DNA of 63,969 nucleotides from Chiloscyllium plagiosum. Taxonomy: Eukaryota. The notes below the pieces were generated by a model. The model saw nothing but the letters and a program-made list of their open reading frames with translations. It was not told where the DNA came from and ran no database searches. Positions 36,016-47,609 of this stretch are shown here, in pieces. How positions within the stretch are numbered: the stretch's first letter is position 1; each line of letters starts with the position of its first letter. The translations under genes were made by a program, and so were the position numbers. Where the stretch lies: NCBI RefSeq assembly GCF_004010195.1, contig NC_057738.1:31709164-31773132 (forward strand), written 5' to 3'.

Positions 36016-36368
36016 CATAGAATCCCTACAGCATGGAAGCAGGCCATTCGGCCCATCGAGTCCACACCAACCCTTTGAAGAACATCCCACCCAGACCCAG
36101 ACCCCTACCCTATCCCTCTAATTCTGCCTTTCCCATGGCTAATCCACCTAGCCTGCATATCCCTTGGATGCTGTGGGCAATTTATCATGGCCAACCACCT
36201 AACTTGCACATCTTCAAACTGTGGGAGGAAACCAGAGCAACCCAGGGGAAACACGCGTAGACATGGTGAGAACGTGCAAACCCCACACAGACAATCACCA
36301 GAAACTGGAATCAAACCCAGGTCCCTGGCACTGTGAGGCAGCAGTGCCAACCATTGAGCCATCACGCC
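36016..36368 (-). mobile_element. HE1-type SINE (full length)
   Basis: CATAGAATCCCTACAG tail; GAGAACGTGCAAAC core; GGAATCAAACCC...GCACTGTGAGGCAGCAGTGC head. Confidence 0.88.
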
Positions 36369-37707
36369 ATTCCTGATTCATTCAGGGATCAAGAATAGAG
36401 TAGATTCAGGGTACAAGGGAGCTTCCCCAGACAGCAATCTTCACCGAGCAGGTGGAAGCCAGTCCTGAAGGAGAGGAAGAAAACTGTGGGGAGAGTTACC
36501 TAATACCTCATCACATGAGAGCAGGATGCTGACCCACCACTTTAACATTCTTCAACAACAGTCTGTATGCCCTGCGGTATCAGTGAACCATCCCCAGTTA
36601 TCCCCTTGGACATTAAATAAAATCTAACTATCATATCAAAACTGCTGCTTCTTAACAATAATCAGAAAACTATTTACAAATTGTCGACTGTCTAAATGCG
36701 ATCACAAACTCCTAAAGTCAAGAATCAGTAACGATTCTATATTGTACCTCAGAGAAAGTGGAATTCCATTAATTGACCCTCCCAAAATGTGAAACATTCA
36801 CATACAAAGAAAACCAAATTGTGAGCCAGAAGACACGGAACACAGTGACAGACTCTGCCATGTTGTTCATTGGACAGATAGTTCATTTACATACATCATA
36901 AAGAAAGAGGGCCCAACTCGGATTTGTCGAGATTCAAAATATTTAAGCCTCTCTCTCAAGAGAGTGCACATGAGAATCCAACACTTGCAGAACTGAAACC
37001 CACATTCATGAGAGCTAAATCTTGCTCAACCTTTGGGCCAAACATCGATACAAAGGCTCAAAAGCAGAAATTGCTGTAAAAACCTACAGAGCGTTTCCAG
37101 CACTTTCTGTTTTTGTTTCTGATTTCCAGCATCTACAGTTCTTTGGGGGTTTTTAATGGATGTAATGGGTACATACATTACGTCCTTGAATGTGGAAGAA
37201 CTTTTGAAGCCAAGAATGGATTCATTAGCCACCTGAGAGCCCAAACATAGATTAACAGAACAAAGACCATCATTCTCAATCTTGAGGGATAGCCATGATG
37301 ACAATGAATGAGCACATGTAACAATGGAACCCAGAAAGCATCTACCGTCAGAATACAATTTGGAAGAGATTGTTTGCAGACACTGCCTTTCAATTTGTCT
37401 GTCAATCAAGTTCTGTTCCAGCAACACATAGACAGCATTGTAGAAAGTGTTTTGGTCACATATGCAACACTGATGATATTGCAGTCATGAGCACACCCAA
37501 AGAAAAGCATGGTTAGAACCTTCACTCGTTGCTTGCAGTAGCTCACTGTGAGTGTCTCATGTACAACAGCATGAAGTATTTAGTCAATGCAAGTCCAATC
37601 AATTATATTGAAGTGGCTGAATCTACCCTGACCAGGGCAAATTGGAGGATGTAGGATTCTGAACTTTCTCAACAAAGCATCATCATAAAGAGAGTTCCTA
37701 AAAAAAA

Positions 37708-38350
37708 ATGACTTGGAGGTGTTGGCGTTGGATAGGGGTGGACAAAATTAAAAATCACACAACATTGGGATATGGTCCAACAGGTTTATTTGGAAGCATT
37801 AGCTTCAGAGCACTGCTCCTTCATCAGGTGGTTGTGGAGAATAAGATCGTATTCACGGAATTTATAGCCATAGGAGTCCAGTGTCATGGAGATGTGATTC
37901 AGTAAACAGTCTTGGATTAAAACTTTCATCTTTTATAATGAGATATGCTGGTTTCTGTTCTTTGATATGTAAATCCCAGAGCTTCTTTTAAATTACAGTC
38001 TCAAGTTAAAAATCACACAACACCAGGTTGTAGTCCAACATGTTTAATTGGAAGCACTAGCTTTTGGAGCACTGCTCCTTCATCAGGTGGTTGTGGCCGA
38101 AGCATTCCAATTAAACCTGTTGGACTACAACCTGGTGATGTGTGATTTTTAACTTTGTGTACCCCAGTCCACTACCGGCATCTCCACATCATTCTCAAGT
38201 TAGCTCAGCTTTTTAAACAATGGGTGTGAATGAAGTCTGTCTGTATCCCAATGCTATGTCAGACTGACAAATCCTCTGTATAGTTTTACAGCATTTTACA
38301 TGGATTCATGCAGTTTTTGAGCAAAATAAAATGTAATTCTGCAAAAACAA
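37708..38350. mobile_element. PLE family B element containing a second family B hairpin (~38009-38192)
   Basis: TSD TCTCAAGTTA at 37999-38008 and 38193-38202; degenerate minus-strand hammerhead cores near 37797-37830 and 38055-38089. Confidence 0.8.
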
Positions 38351-38399
38351 AAATAAAATGCAACATATGTATGGCAGGAGGACCACCCACATATGTTCG

Positions 38400-38670
38400 A
38401 GCTTCTCAAAAAATGCAGAAACCGGTATCCTGCAGTTCTATGAGCCAAAGCAGAGGGCAATCCTGAAAGTTGATGCTTTTGAGAAAAGGCTATGGGTGTT
38501 CATCACGTGAGATGGCAAACCGATAGCTTTCAGATCCGAAAGCTTATCTCAAGCACATTCCTCCAAGCTGGAGTGTGAAACGCCTGCTTTGCTATTTGGG
38601 ATCGCAAGATTCCAAACTGACCGGCTGGCAAAAAAGCAGTTGTCATGGAAACCAATCACAAATTACTGGA
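38400..38670 (+). mobile_element. Gypsy RNase H remnant
   Basis: LQFYEPKQRAILKVDAFEK and DGKPIAF resemble L.YYD...L.VDAS...G.PIAFAS. Confidence 0.6.
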
Positions 38671-41014
38671 GATGAATGACAGAAGCACCACCTGACCCCT
38701 AGTAAAGATACAGGGAGCACAACTTTGACATCTGCTCCAACTTGATACAAAAATGGCCACCTGACATACATTTTGCCAAGCCCAGAAACGGATGCAAACA
38801 TTGCATTGGACCCACAAGCAGACAGCACAAACACCAAGATGGCTGACATAGGGACTCCAAATGGTTCTATTTCATCAATGTGAACAATATCAATTAGAAA
38901 CCGCTAATAAGTAACAAGTGGAGGTATAGTGGAGAGCACTCATAGAGGGATGGCCTGAGGATAGTATCTCTACTCCTGGGCTAGGCAGCCCAGCTACAAG
39001 ACTCATCAGCTCCAGAGATGACTCAGAGTAACATCTCGGAACAGGTTGATTAAAAAAATATCTGGAGGGGTGGCCTGACATGATAAATGTGTTGCCTATC
39101 ACCCTATTTTAAACAATATTTTTATTCACCGTTATGATTTATGTTGTAAATTTGATTTTAATTTCTCCAACTGTTTTTACTACCTGGAAGTCATGGCAAC
39201 ACTTTCTGCATAAGATGGGTGATGGAATTTTCTAACAGTGTTTATGTGGGAGTCTTGACTGCAATCTTATGAATTCATTTTATGAGGTAAGGAAGATGCC
39301 GTAGCACATTTGAGTTGGGAGTGTTTAACATAAGCATTGGAGTAAATTATCTTTATACGTAAATTAAGCAGGGAAATGTTTCCATTTCGAATTTCTTTTA
39401 ACTCATCAGCCTGAAAACCAAAGGTTGTTCTTTAACAATTGTCCAGCTTTTAGTCATTTCCTCATTCTATGATGATGGGCTGTATCTTGCTGAGCTAAGA
39501 AAAATGAATGCTTTGCAAGTTTCACATTGAAAGTGCACTGACTAGAAGAAGAGATACTTGAAAATGTTTGTGTTTTAAGAGGTAAGGTATTTGACCATAT
39601 GTAATTTAGAAATTGCTATATTTAATATGGTTTCATTGCTATTTATGAAGATGATGTATTGGACAAGTGTTAAATTAGAAGAAGGCTATCATTCAGGGCT
39701 GTAGATGTAATGTACAAGAGGAGGTATTTGCTGTCAGTTGTATGTGCATACTTAAAGTAAAGAATCTGACAGGAAGTGACTATCTTCAACACTTTTGTCT
39801 GTGTATTTTGAAAAAGATAGTTTTTGCACAAGTTATGCATGTACTATAGGAGAAAAAGACTCTCCAGGCTTAGATATGTACAAGGATTTTAGAGGGAGGG
39901 ACAATATATTAACCATGTTTTCAGATTCTTAAAAAATGTGCTCATTTACTTCATGATAGAAGGAACCTGACAAGGTTTTCCATATATTTTATGAAACAAA
40001 GTACTTGGGGAGGGGTTTATGTGTGCATTAGTTGAGAGGGCATTTAAAATGATTCCTAGACATAATTTAGAAGGGAAGATAATGTCATCCTGTTTGTAAT
40101 GGTTCTTTAAAATAGGGGATTATTGCAGGGTTTATGCAAGTGCATCAGAAGGGAAGATAATTTTCAAGGTTTGTCAATGGACTTTGGAAGTGAGAACACA
40201 TAACAAAGTAGATATGTACATGTTATAATAATTTCAAGAATGCCCTTGATAAGGTGTTACATTAAAGGTTATTTTTCAAGATAGAAGGTCACAATATTGG
40301 GGCAAATGTATTAGTGTGGATTGAGGATTGGTTAACACACAGAAGACAAGAGTTGAGATTTTTGGATCTTTCTCAGGTTGGAAAGGCATAACTAGTGGAG
40401 TGCAACAAGGATTGATTCTCATGCCTCAATTATTTATGATCTATATTAATAACTTGAAAGAGGGGCAGTGTATAATGTATCCAAATTTGCCGATGATAGA
40501 AAAAAATAGATGAGGGGACATGTTCTGATGAGGACTGAGGAATCTATAAGGCCGGAGTGGTCAAGGATCTGACAGATGGAGTTAAATGTAGGAAAGTGTG
40601 AAGTCATGTGCTTTGGTAGGAAAGGTATTATTTAAAATGAAGGGAGACTCCAAGAGAGTGCAGTGCGAAGGGATCTGGGTGTGCTTGTGCATGAGACACA
40701 AAGGTTGCACGCAGGTGCATACGAATTTAAATGTAATTTTTACAATTTTAGAGTGAGTTTAAAAAGAAGGAAGCATTGTTACAACATTCAGGGTGTTAGT
40801 AAGGACACAGCAGAAGTAATCTATACCATTTAGTTTCCCTGTGATAAGAAAAAGTGTCCGGGAATTGGAGGCTGTTCAAAAGACATTCATGAGGCTGATT
40901 CTTGAGGTGAAGAAATTGACTTATGAATGACAGCTAATCAAGTTGAGCCATTACTCATTAGAGTTTAAAAGAATGAGGGGCGCATTTGTTGAAACTGCAG
41001 GATTCTAAGGTGTT

Positions 41015-42312
41015 CATAGAATCCCTACAGTGTGGAAACAGGCCATTCAGCCCATCAATTCTGGATCAATGGTGCTGGAAGAGCACAGCAATTCAGGCAG
41101 CATCGAGGAGCTTCAGCAAAATCAACGTTTCGGGCAAAAGCCCTTCATCAGGAATAAAGGCAGAGAGCCTGAAGCGTGGAGAGATAAGCTAGGGGAGGGT
41201 GGGGCTGGGGAGAGAGTAGCATAGAGTACAATAGGTGAGTGGGGGAGGGGATGAAGGTGATAGGTCAGGGAGACCAGGACCTGCATGTCCTCGGCAGAGT
41301 GGGAGGAGGAGTTAAAATGTTGGGCCACAGGGTGGTGGGGTTGATTGGTGCGGGTGTCCCGGAGATGTTCCCTAAAGTGCTCTGCTAGGAGCCATCCAGT
41401 CTCCCCAATGTAGAATAGACTGCATCAGGAGTAACGAATACAATAAATGACATTGGTGGATGTCCAGGTAAAACTTTTTGATGGATGTGGAAGACTCCTT
41501 TGGGGCCTTGGATGGAGGCGAGGGAGGCGGTGTGGGCGCAGGTTTTGCAATTCCTGCGTTGGCAGAGGAAGGTGCCATGAAGGGAGGGTGGGTTGTAGGG
41601 GGGGCGTGGATCTGACCAGGTAGTCACGTACGGAACGGACTTTGCGGAAATGGGTGGGGAGGGAAATATATACTGGTGGTGGGGTCCGTTTGGAGGTGGC
41701 AGAAATGTCTTCGGGTGATGTGGTTTATGTGAAGGTTGGTAGGGTGGAAGGGGAGCACCAGGGGGGTTCTGTCCTTGTTACGGTTGGAGGGGTAGGGTTT
41801 GAGGGCGGAGGTGCGGGATGTGGACAAGATGCATTGGAGGGCACCTTTAACCACGTGGGAAGGGAAATTGGGGTCTCTAAAGAAGGAGGCCATCTGGTGT
41901 GTTCTGTGGTGGAACTGGTCCTCCTGGGAGCAGATACGGCGGAGGCGGAGGCGGAGGAATTGGGAATACGGGATAGCATTTTTGCAAGAGATAGAGTGGG
42001 AAGAGGTGTAATGCAGGTAGCTGTGGGAGTTTTACCTTTTTACCATTCAGCCCATTAAGTCCATGCTGACCCTCTGATGAACATCCCACCCAAACCCACA
42101 CCCCTACCCTGCCCCTGTAACTCTGCATTTCCCAGGGCTAACCCACCTAGGCTGCACATCCCAGACACTACGGGGCAATTTAGCATGTCCCATCCATTTA
42201 ACCTGCACATCTTTAATTTGTCAGAAGAAACCAGAATACCCAGAGGAAGGCCACGCAGACACAGGGAGAATGTGCAAACTCCACACAGACAGTCACCTCA
42301 GGATAGAGTTGA
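41015..42312 (-). mobile_element. HE1-type SINE interrupted by a PLE
   Basis: Tail at 41015-41058, body at 42043-42312; duplicated CCATTCAGCCCAT at 41043-41055 and 42043-42055. Confidence 0.8.
41059..42042 (-). mobile_element. Penelope-like element (Neptune-type): RT C-terminus, GIY-YIG endonuclease and pLTR with hammerhead; degenerate
   Basis: Minus strand KNAIPYSQFLRLRLRRICSQED, TPLVLPFHP, GTFLCQRRNCKTC (Cys linker), NVIYCIRYS*CSLFYIGETG..FREH..PVAQHFN; pLTR ATTC-CTGATGA-A-GGGC(TTTT)GCCC-GAAACGTT (41121-41155). Confidence 0.9.
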
Positions 42313-42460
42313 ACTCAAAGATGTGCAGGTTAGGTGAATTGGCCATGCTAGGTGCATTAGTCAGAGGGAAATGGGTCTGGGTGGGTTACTCTTCAGAGAG
42401 TTAGTGTGGACGTTTTGGGCTGAAGGACCTGTTTCCACACTGTAGGGGATCTAATCTAAA
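42313..42460 (+). mobile_element. HE1-type SINE 3' half
   Basis: GATGTGCAGGTTAGG...CCTGTTTCCACACTGTAGGGGATCTAATCTA. Confidence 0.75.
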
Positions 42461-42579
42461 AAAAATCTCAGGTCCTTGGTTGAGGAGTTATTTCCACTAG
42501 TGAAAGAGCTTCAAGCTAGGGGATATAATCACAGAGTAAAGGGACACTCATTTAAACCTGAAATGTCAAGGACCTTCAG

Positions 42580-43225
42580 TTCAAATAGTCCTCACCAACC
42601 ATAGTTCCCAAATTAAACTGGTCCCCACTGCCTGCACTTGGCCTATATCCCTCCAAACCTTTCCTATGCATGTACTTATCCAAATGTTGCAACTGTTCCT
42701 GCATCCACCTTTTCTTTTGGGTGTTCATTCCCCACACAAACCACTCTCTGTGTAAAATGTTTCCCCTGTTGTCTTTTTAAAATCTCTCTCTTCTCACCCT
42801 AATTCTGCCCCCTTGTCTTGAAATCCCCACCCTAGGGAAAAGACCTCTGCCATTCAGCTTATCTATACCCCACATGATTGTATAAACCTCTATAAGGTCA
42901 CCCCTCAACTTCCTATGCTCCAGTGAAAAATGTCTCAGCCTAACCAACCTCACTCTATAACTCAAACCCTCCATTCCTGGCAATATCATGGTAAATCTCT
43001 TCTGAACTCTCTCCAGCTTAATAATATTACTCCTACAACAGGGCAACCAAAATTGACATAGTACTTCAGAAAAGGCCTGACCAACGTTTTGTACAACCTC
43101 AATGTGACATCTTAACTCCTTTACTCAAAGCTCTGAGAAATAAAGGTAAACATGCTAAATGGTTCCTTAACTATCTCTATGTGATGCAAACTTCAAAACC
43201 TCATGTACCTGAACCCCTAGGACTC
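42580..43225 (-). mobile_element. CR1/HER1 LINE 3' fragment
   Basis: KLERVQKRFTMILPGMEGLSY...LRGDLIEVY. Confidence 0.88.
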
Positions 43226-43404
43226 TATGATGATAGTGAATGTCTGAAATTCTCTGTCCCAGATAGAGCCTTGTGGAAGCTAGATCATTGAAAGTATTTG
43301 AAAATGAGTTGGATTGATTTTTGAAAAATCAGGGAGTTGAGGTCTATGAGGATCTGACATAAAGGAAGAGTTGCAGTCTGGGGCAGATCAGCATGCTCTT
43401 ATAG

Positions 43405-43670
43405 AATGGACAAGTTAAAAATCACACAACACCAGGTTATAATCCAACAGGTTTAATTGGAAGCACTAGATTTCGGTGCGCTGCTCAGGTGGTTGTGGCG
43501 AATAAGCCCATAAGACATAGAATTTATAGCAAAAGATTACAGTGTCATACAACTGAAATGATATATTGAACAAACCTAGATTGCTGTTAAGTCTTTCACC
43601 TTTTGGATTGGGTTGCAGGTTCCGGTTCATTCATATGTAAATCCCAGAACTTCTTTTAAGTCACATTAAT
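43405..43670 (-). mobile_element. PLE family B fragment
   Basis: AAGTTAAAAATCACACAACACCAGGTTAT arm; body matches 37830-37990 and the reverse complement of 49390-49570. Confidence 0.8.
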
Positions 43671-43924
43671 TGTTGGACACCGTTATCAAATGAAGGCAAT
43701 TAGTTTAGGTGTGGTTTTGTATGTTTACTTGTTGTGGAATTGGAGGCTTCCTGATTTATGTCAACTCATCTAACCAAGTATTTGCTTACGATTACATATG
43801 CAAATGACACCGAAATCTACCTCAGAGCACAAGCACCAGCACCGTTACACCCCTTGATCATGTTCTTATGGATGGATTGGGAGGAAGGCTAATCAAATCA
43901 CTTGCTCTAAATTCTGTGTATATG

Positions 43925-44060
43925 GTCCTGCTCCACAGCTACCTGATGAAGGAGCAATGCTCCAAAAGCTAGTGCTTCCAATAACCTGTTCGATTATAAC
44001 CTGGTGTTTTATGTTTTTTAAATTTGTCCACCCCAGTTCAATGCTGCCTCCTCTACCTTA
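43925..44060 (+). mobile_element. PLE family B pLTR with degenerate hammerhead
   Basis: CTGATGA-A-GGAGC(AAT)GCTCC-AAAAGCTA (G12 lost) plus arm and tail. Confidence 0.75.
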
Positions 44061-44503
44061 TAGAATGGGTGAGTCATATGGGTCCAAAAGGCCACCTCTT
44101 CTTCCGATTTCTTCTATCCTTATAACTGGTAGATAGTTAAGAAGATGTACATAGAGATCTTAGAGGAAAAGTACTTGTTAATGGTTGTAGATGCATCTTG
44201 TGTTGGATGATACCTGTAAGGAGTTACTTATGTATTTCAAAAGAAATGCACTGAGTTAAATGTATACAATATTTCATTATATCTATCCTTTAGGAAGTAT
44301 GATAGTTTAAATATTTTGAGGCACCATGCTAGAGGGGAACATGTTTGATGTTTGCACATGTTCTTTAGAAGGGAATGTTCAGGTATTGCCTCTATACTCA
44401 TTCAGAAAGGATGGAATATGGTGAGGTGTGTTCATGCATTTTATAACGCAAGCCAACTGGCCAATTGTACCAGGTATGTGTGTGATTTAGAGAAATGCCA
44501 GTT

Positions 44504-44782
44504 CATAGAAACCTCTACAGTGTGGAATGGCCATTCACTCCTTCAGCCTGACCCTCCAAAGAGCAACCAGCCCCCTATCCTATCCCTACATTTCCCACAG
44601 CTAATCTACATAGCCTGCACATCTTTGGATTGAGGGAGGAAACCGGAGTACCCAGAGAAAATCCGCAAAGACACAGCGAGAATGTGCTAACTGTACACAG
44701 TCAGTCACCCGAGGGTGGAATCGAGCCTGGGTCCCTAGTGCTGTGAGGCAGCAATACTAACAACTGAACCATCATGCCATCC
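44504..44782 (-). mobile_element. HE1-type SINE
   Basis: CATAGAAACCTCTACAG tail; GGAATCGAGCC...GCTGTGAGGCAGC head. Confidence 0.85.
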
Positions 44783-45334
44783 TTGGTGGATTCTGTCTAT
44801 GTACTTTACAATATTAGGAGTAAGCTAAAGTTTATATATGTATTTAATTGTGTACATTAGATGAACAAGGCACTTGGAAAGGATTTCTATGTATTCTGGA
44901 ATGGAGGAATCCTAACTAAATGTTTACACATGCTCAAGAAGGCACAGTTAACAAATAAATTAGCATTTGACTCACAAAATGTTTTAGATTGGAAGCTCTT
45001 GATCAAGGCTTGCATTTATATTTTAGAAATGAAGTATTAGCCAAGACCAGAATATGCTATTTCAAATCACTTTTAAAAGGAGGATATTTGGAAATATTTC
45101 TTTATGAACTTTCAAAGGAACTTAGTAAACTCTGACAGATGGGGAAGTATTTACTGTGATTGAAAAAAAGGTATTTGTAAAGGGTTAGTATAACATAGGA
45201 AGAAGGGAAGTTAAGTGAAGGTACTTGGCAAGTATTTTAAAAATACTTTGTGGAAAGGATAATCTCCAGTTAGTGTCACTAAGTACTTCAGAAGCAATCG
45301 TATTTGACAGTTGTAAGAGCAGATAGGAAAGAAA

Positions 45335-45545
45335 GCTAAAAATCACACAATATCAGGTTGTAGTCCAACAGGTTTATTTGGAAGCACTAGCTTTTGGAGC
45401 ACTGCTCCTTCATGAAGTGGCACAACACCTGATGAAAGAGCAGCGCTCCGAAAGCTAGTACTTCCAAGTAAACCTGTTGGACCATAACCTGGCGTTGTGT
45501 GAGTTTTAACTTTGTATACCCCAGTCCAACACCTGCACCTCCAAA
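45335..45545. mobile_element. PLE family B fold-back element
   Basis: Inverted arms around 45420; plus-strand CAC-CTGATGA-AAGAGC(AGC)GCTCC-GAAAGCTA-GTA at 45426-45460. Confidence 0.85.
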
Positions 45546-46140
45546 AGATAGGAAATATATATTCTGCAAGTATGGTTCAATTTCTGTGGCTTGTAAAAAC
45601 ATTTTAAGCAAGACAAAGATGCAGGCATATGGTCTATAGTATAAAGATGACTGCTTATTTTCTGCTGTAATGACCTGATTACAAGGAGGTTATGGTGCCA
45701 TTGTTTTGTCACCCCAAACATTGAACACCATTGATTTAAGATAAATAAAACTATAAATTGTTTCCTTTTGTATTTTTCATTTAAAAAGCGATGTTTATCT
45801 AAAACTTATCTATCCATTTTTTAACTTGTTGATAGAAATATGGTTCATTTCCTGATCCCACCAGTGGAAGGATACATTTTGCATAGTAAGTGTAAAATAA
45901 AAAATTTGCAAGTCTCACGTTATAGGGTTTCAGCAGTTTCAACATTTCTGAAGGGAAGTTATTTTGAACATACTTAGAATTATAATTCCCAGAAATCAGG
46001 GGTTGTGTGCAGATGGGAAACTAAAACTGGTCAAAGGAAAACCAGGAAGGCTGAAGAAGCTGTGATTCAGTCAAAACTGCTAGTAGGACATAACTCTTTT
46101 CTTCGGGCTCCAGATATTGAAAACAAAATTCCACAAACAG

Positions 46141-46163
46141 ACTTGTTTTCCATTCTCATCCAG
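46141..46163 (+). other. Splice acceptor of the XCR1-like A coding exon
   Basis: ACTTGTTTTCCATTCTCATCCAG|GAAC, 37 nt upstream of the ATG. Confidence 0.7.
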
Positions 46164-46200
46164 GAACGATCACACAAAGCTGTGCTTGAAAAGTCCAGCT

Positions 46201-47298
46201 ATGTCAACAGCAGAACCTAAAATCCATACTGACTTCTATGAATATCATGGCTACTATGACGATTATGGAAATGATTCGGCATTAATTTACTTATGTGAGA
46301 ATCATGAACCCAATGCATTTGGAGCCACTCTGACACCAGTTTTGTTCAGCCTCACCTTTATTATCAGCCTGGCTGGGAATGCCCTAGTTTTGTGGGTCCT
46401 GGTGAGATATGAGAGGCTGAAGACTGTGACGGACATCTTCATTCTGAATCTGGTCACCTCCAATTTACTCTTCACCTTCTCGCTCCCTTTCTGGGCTGTG
46501 GATCACACGAGAGGATGGATCTTTGGCAAGGTCATGTGCAAAATCATGAGTTCAATTTTCTTCATTGGCTACTACAGTGGGATCATGTTGCTGACACTGA
46601 TGACCATCGATCGATATTTTATTGTAGTCCATCCTCTGCCTGCTGTCAGAATCAGGAAGGTCTCCTATGCCATAGCAGCCAGCTCAGTCGTTTGGGGAAT
46701 TAGTATGGCAGCAACAGTCCCTGAGATGATCTTCTCTGATATTGTGGGTCATGAGGAGAACAGGCTGTACTGTATCAGTGACTATCCACCTGAGAGTGCT
46801 CAAATATTGGAACTGTTGGGCTATTATCTGCAAAATATCTTGTTCTTCTTCATCCCCTTTGTTGTTATTGTGTTCTGTTATTGGAGAATTCTCAACACTG
46901 TCATTAGATGCAAAGCCAAGAAGAAACACAAGACAGTGAAACTTATCTTGTGGATTGTGGTGGTGTTCTTTGTGTGCTGGACACCTTACAATGTGGTCAT
47001 CCTCCTGTTCTCTTTGGTAACATTGAAAGTCCCGGCGTTCGAAACCTGTGAGATGAACATCCACTTGACTTACATGTTTTACATTTCCCGGGACCTGGCT
47101 TATTGCCACTGTTGTCTCAACCCCTTCTTTTATGCTTTTGTGGGGACAAAGTTCAGAAACCATTTAACTTTGATCCTCAGGAAGTATTTTCCTCAGATGG
47201 GGATCCATAAGCCACCGAGACACAGACGCAGAAGCCATTATCTGAGCAGTTCAACTGACTATTCCAATGCTTCTTCCACATTTAACACATATCTTTAA
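46201..47298 (+). CDS. XCR1: XC chemokine receptor 1-like, paralogue A (365 aa)
   Basis: 7TM; GNALVLWVLVRYE, QNILFF, HKTVKLI, R7.39 in ISRDLAYCHCCLNPFFY and FVGTKFRNHL are XCR1-type. First ATG after the acceptor is 46201 (ORF track starts at an intronic TTG). Confidence 0.88.
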   Translation: MSTAEPKIHTDFYEYHGYYDDYGNDSALIYLCENHEPNAFGATLTPVLFSLTFIISLAGNALVLWVLVRYERLKTVTDIFILNLVTSNLLFTFSLPFWAVDHTRGWIFGKVMCKIMSSIFFIGYYSGIMLLTLMTIDRYFIVVHPLPAVRIRKVSYAIAASSVVWGISMAATVPEMIFSDIVGHEENRLYCISDYPPESAQILELLGYYLQNILFFFIPFVVIVFCYWRILNTVIRCKAKKKHKTVKLILWIVVVFFVCWTPYNVVILLFSLVTLKVPAFETCEMNIHLTYMFYISRDLAYCHCCLNPFFYAFVGTKFRNHLTLILRKYFPQMGIHKPPRHRRRSHYLSSSTDYSNASSTFNTYL

Positions 47299-47390
47299 CT
47301 TGTTCATAGGCCAGTGCAAATTGAAACAAGAGATTTCAATTGTTTGCGCCCATTGATAAATCCAAACAATTCATTTACGGTGTGGATTAA

Positions 47391-47609
47391 CTAGGAGAAA
47401 GTGAGCACTGCAGATGCTGGAGAGCAGAGTCGAGAGTGTGGTGCTGGAAAAACACAGCAGGTCAGGCAGCATCTGAGGAGCAGGAGAATCGATGTTTCAG
47501 GCATAGAGCCAGAATTCCTGGGGAAAGATTTATGCCAGAAACATCAATTCTCCAGCTCCTCGGATGCTGCCTGACCTGCTGTGCTTTTCCAGCACTACAC
47601 TCTCAGCTA
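47391..47609. mobile_element. PLE family A fold-back element with 11-bp TSD
   Basis: TSD GTGTGGATTAA at 47380-47390 and 47610-47620; ~75-bp arms 47432-47506 / 47529-47604; hammerhead core degenerate (CTGGGGA). Confidence 0.85.

Larger units (their letters stand above)
40170..43410 (+). mobile_element. Old CR1 LINE split by nested SINE, PLE and CR1 insertions
   Basis: CR1 RT remnants at 40170-41010 (FSGWKGITSGVQQG), resuming at ~42470-42575 and ~43230-43410. Confidence 0.7.

Noticed and set aside
39600-45320. Faint ~30-nt periodicity (AGGTATTTG-like) in AT-rich stretches; similar ATTATCT recurrence at 50200-50740
   Set aside because: Too degenerate to define a unit by eye; probably decayed minisatellites
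46117-46200. 28-aa N-terminal extension of XCR1-like A
   Set aside because: Starts at TTG and crosses a clear splice acceptor at 46163; ATG 46201 gives a length matching paralogue B
46684-47163. Antisense ORFs over the XCR1-like genes (also 60555-61163)
   Set aside because: Shadow frames of GPCR codon usage; their similarity to each other only reflects paralogue identity
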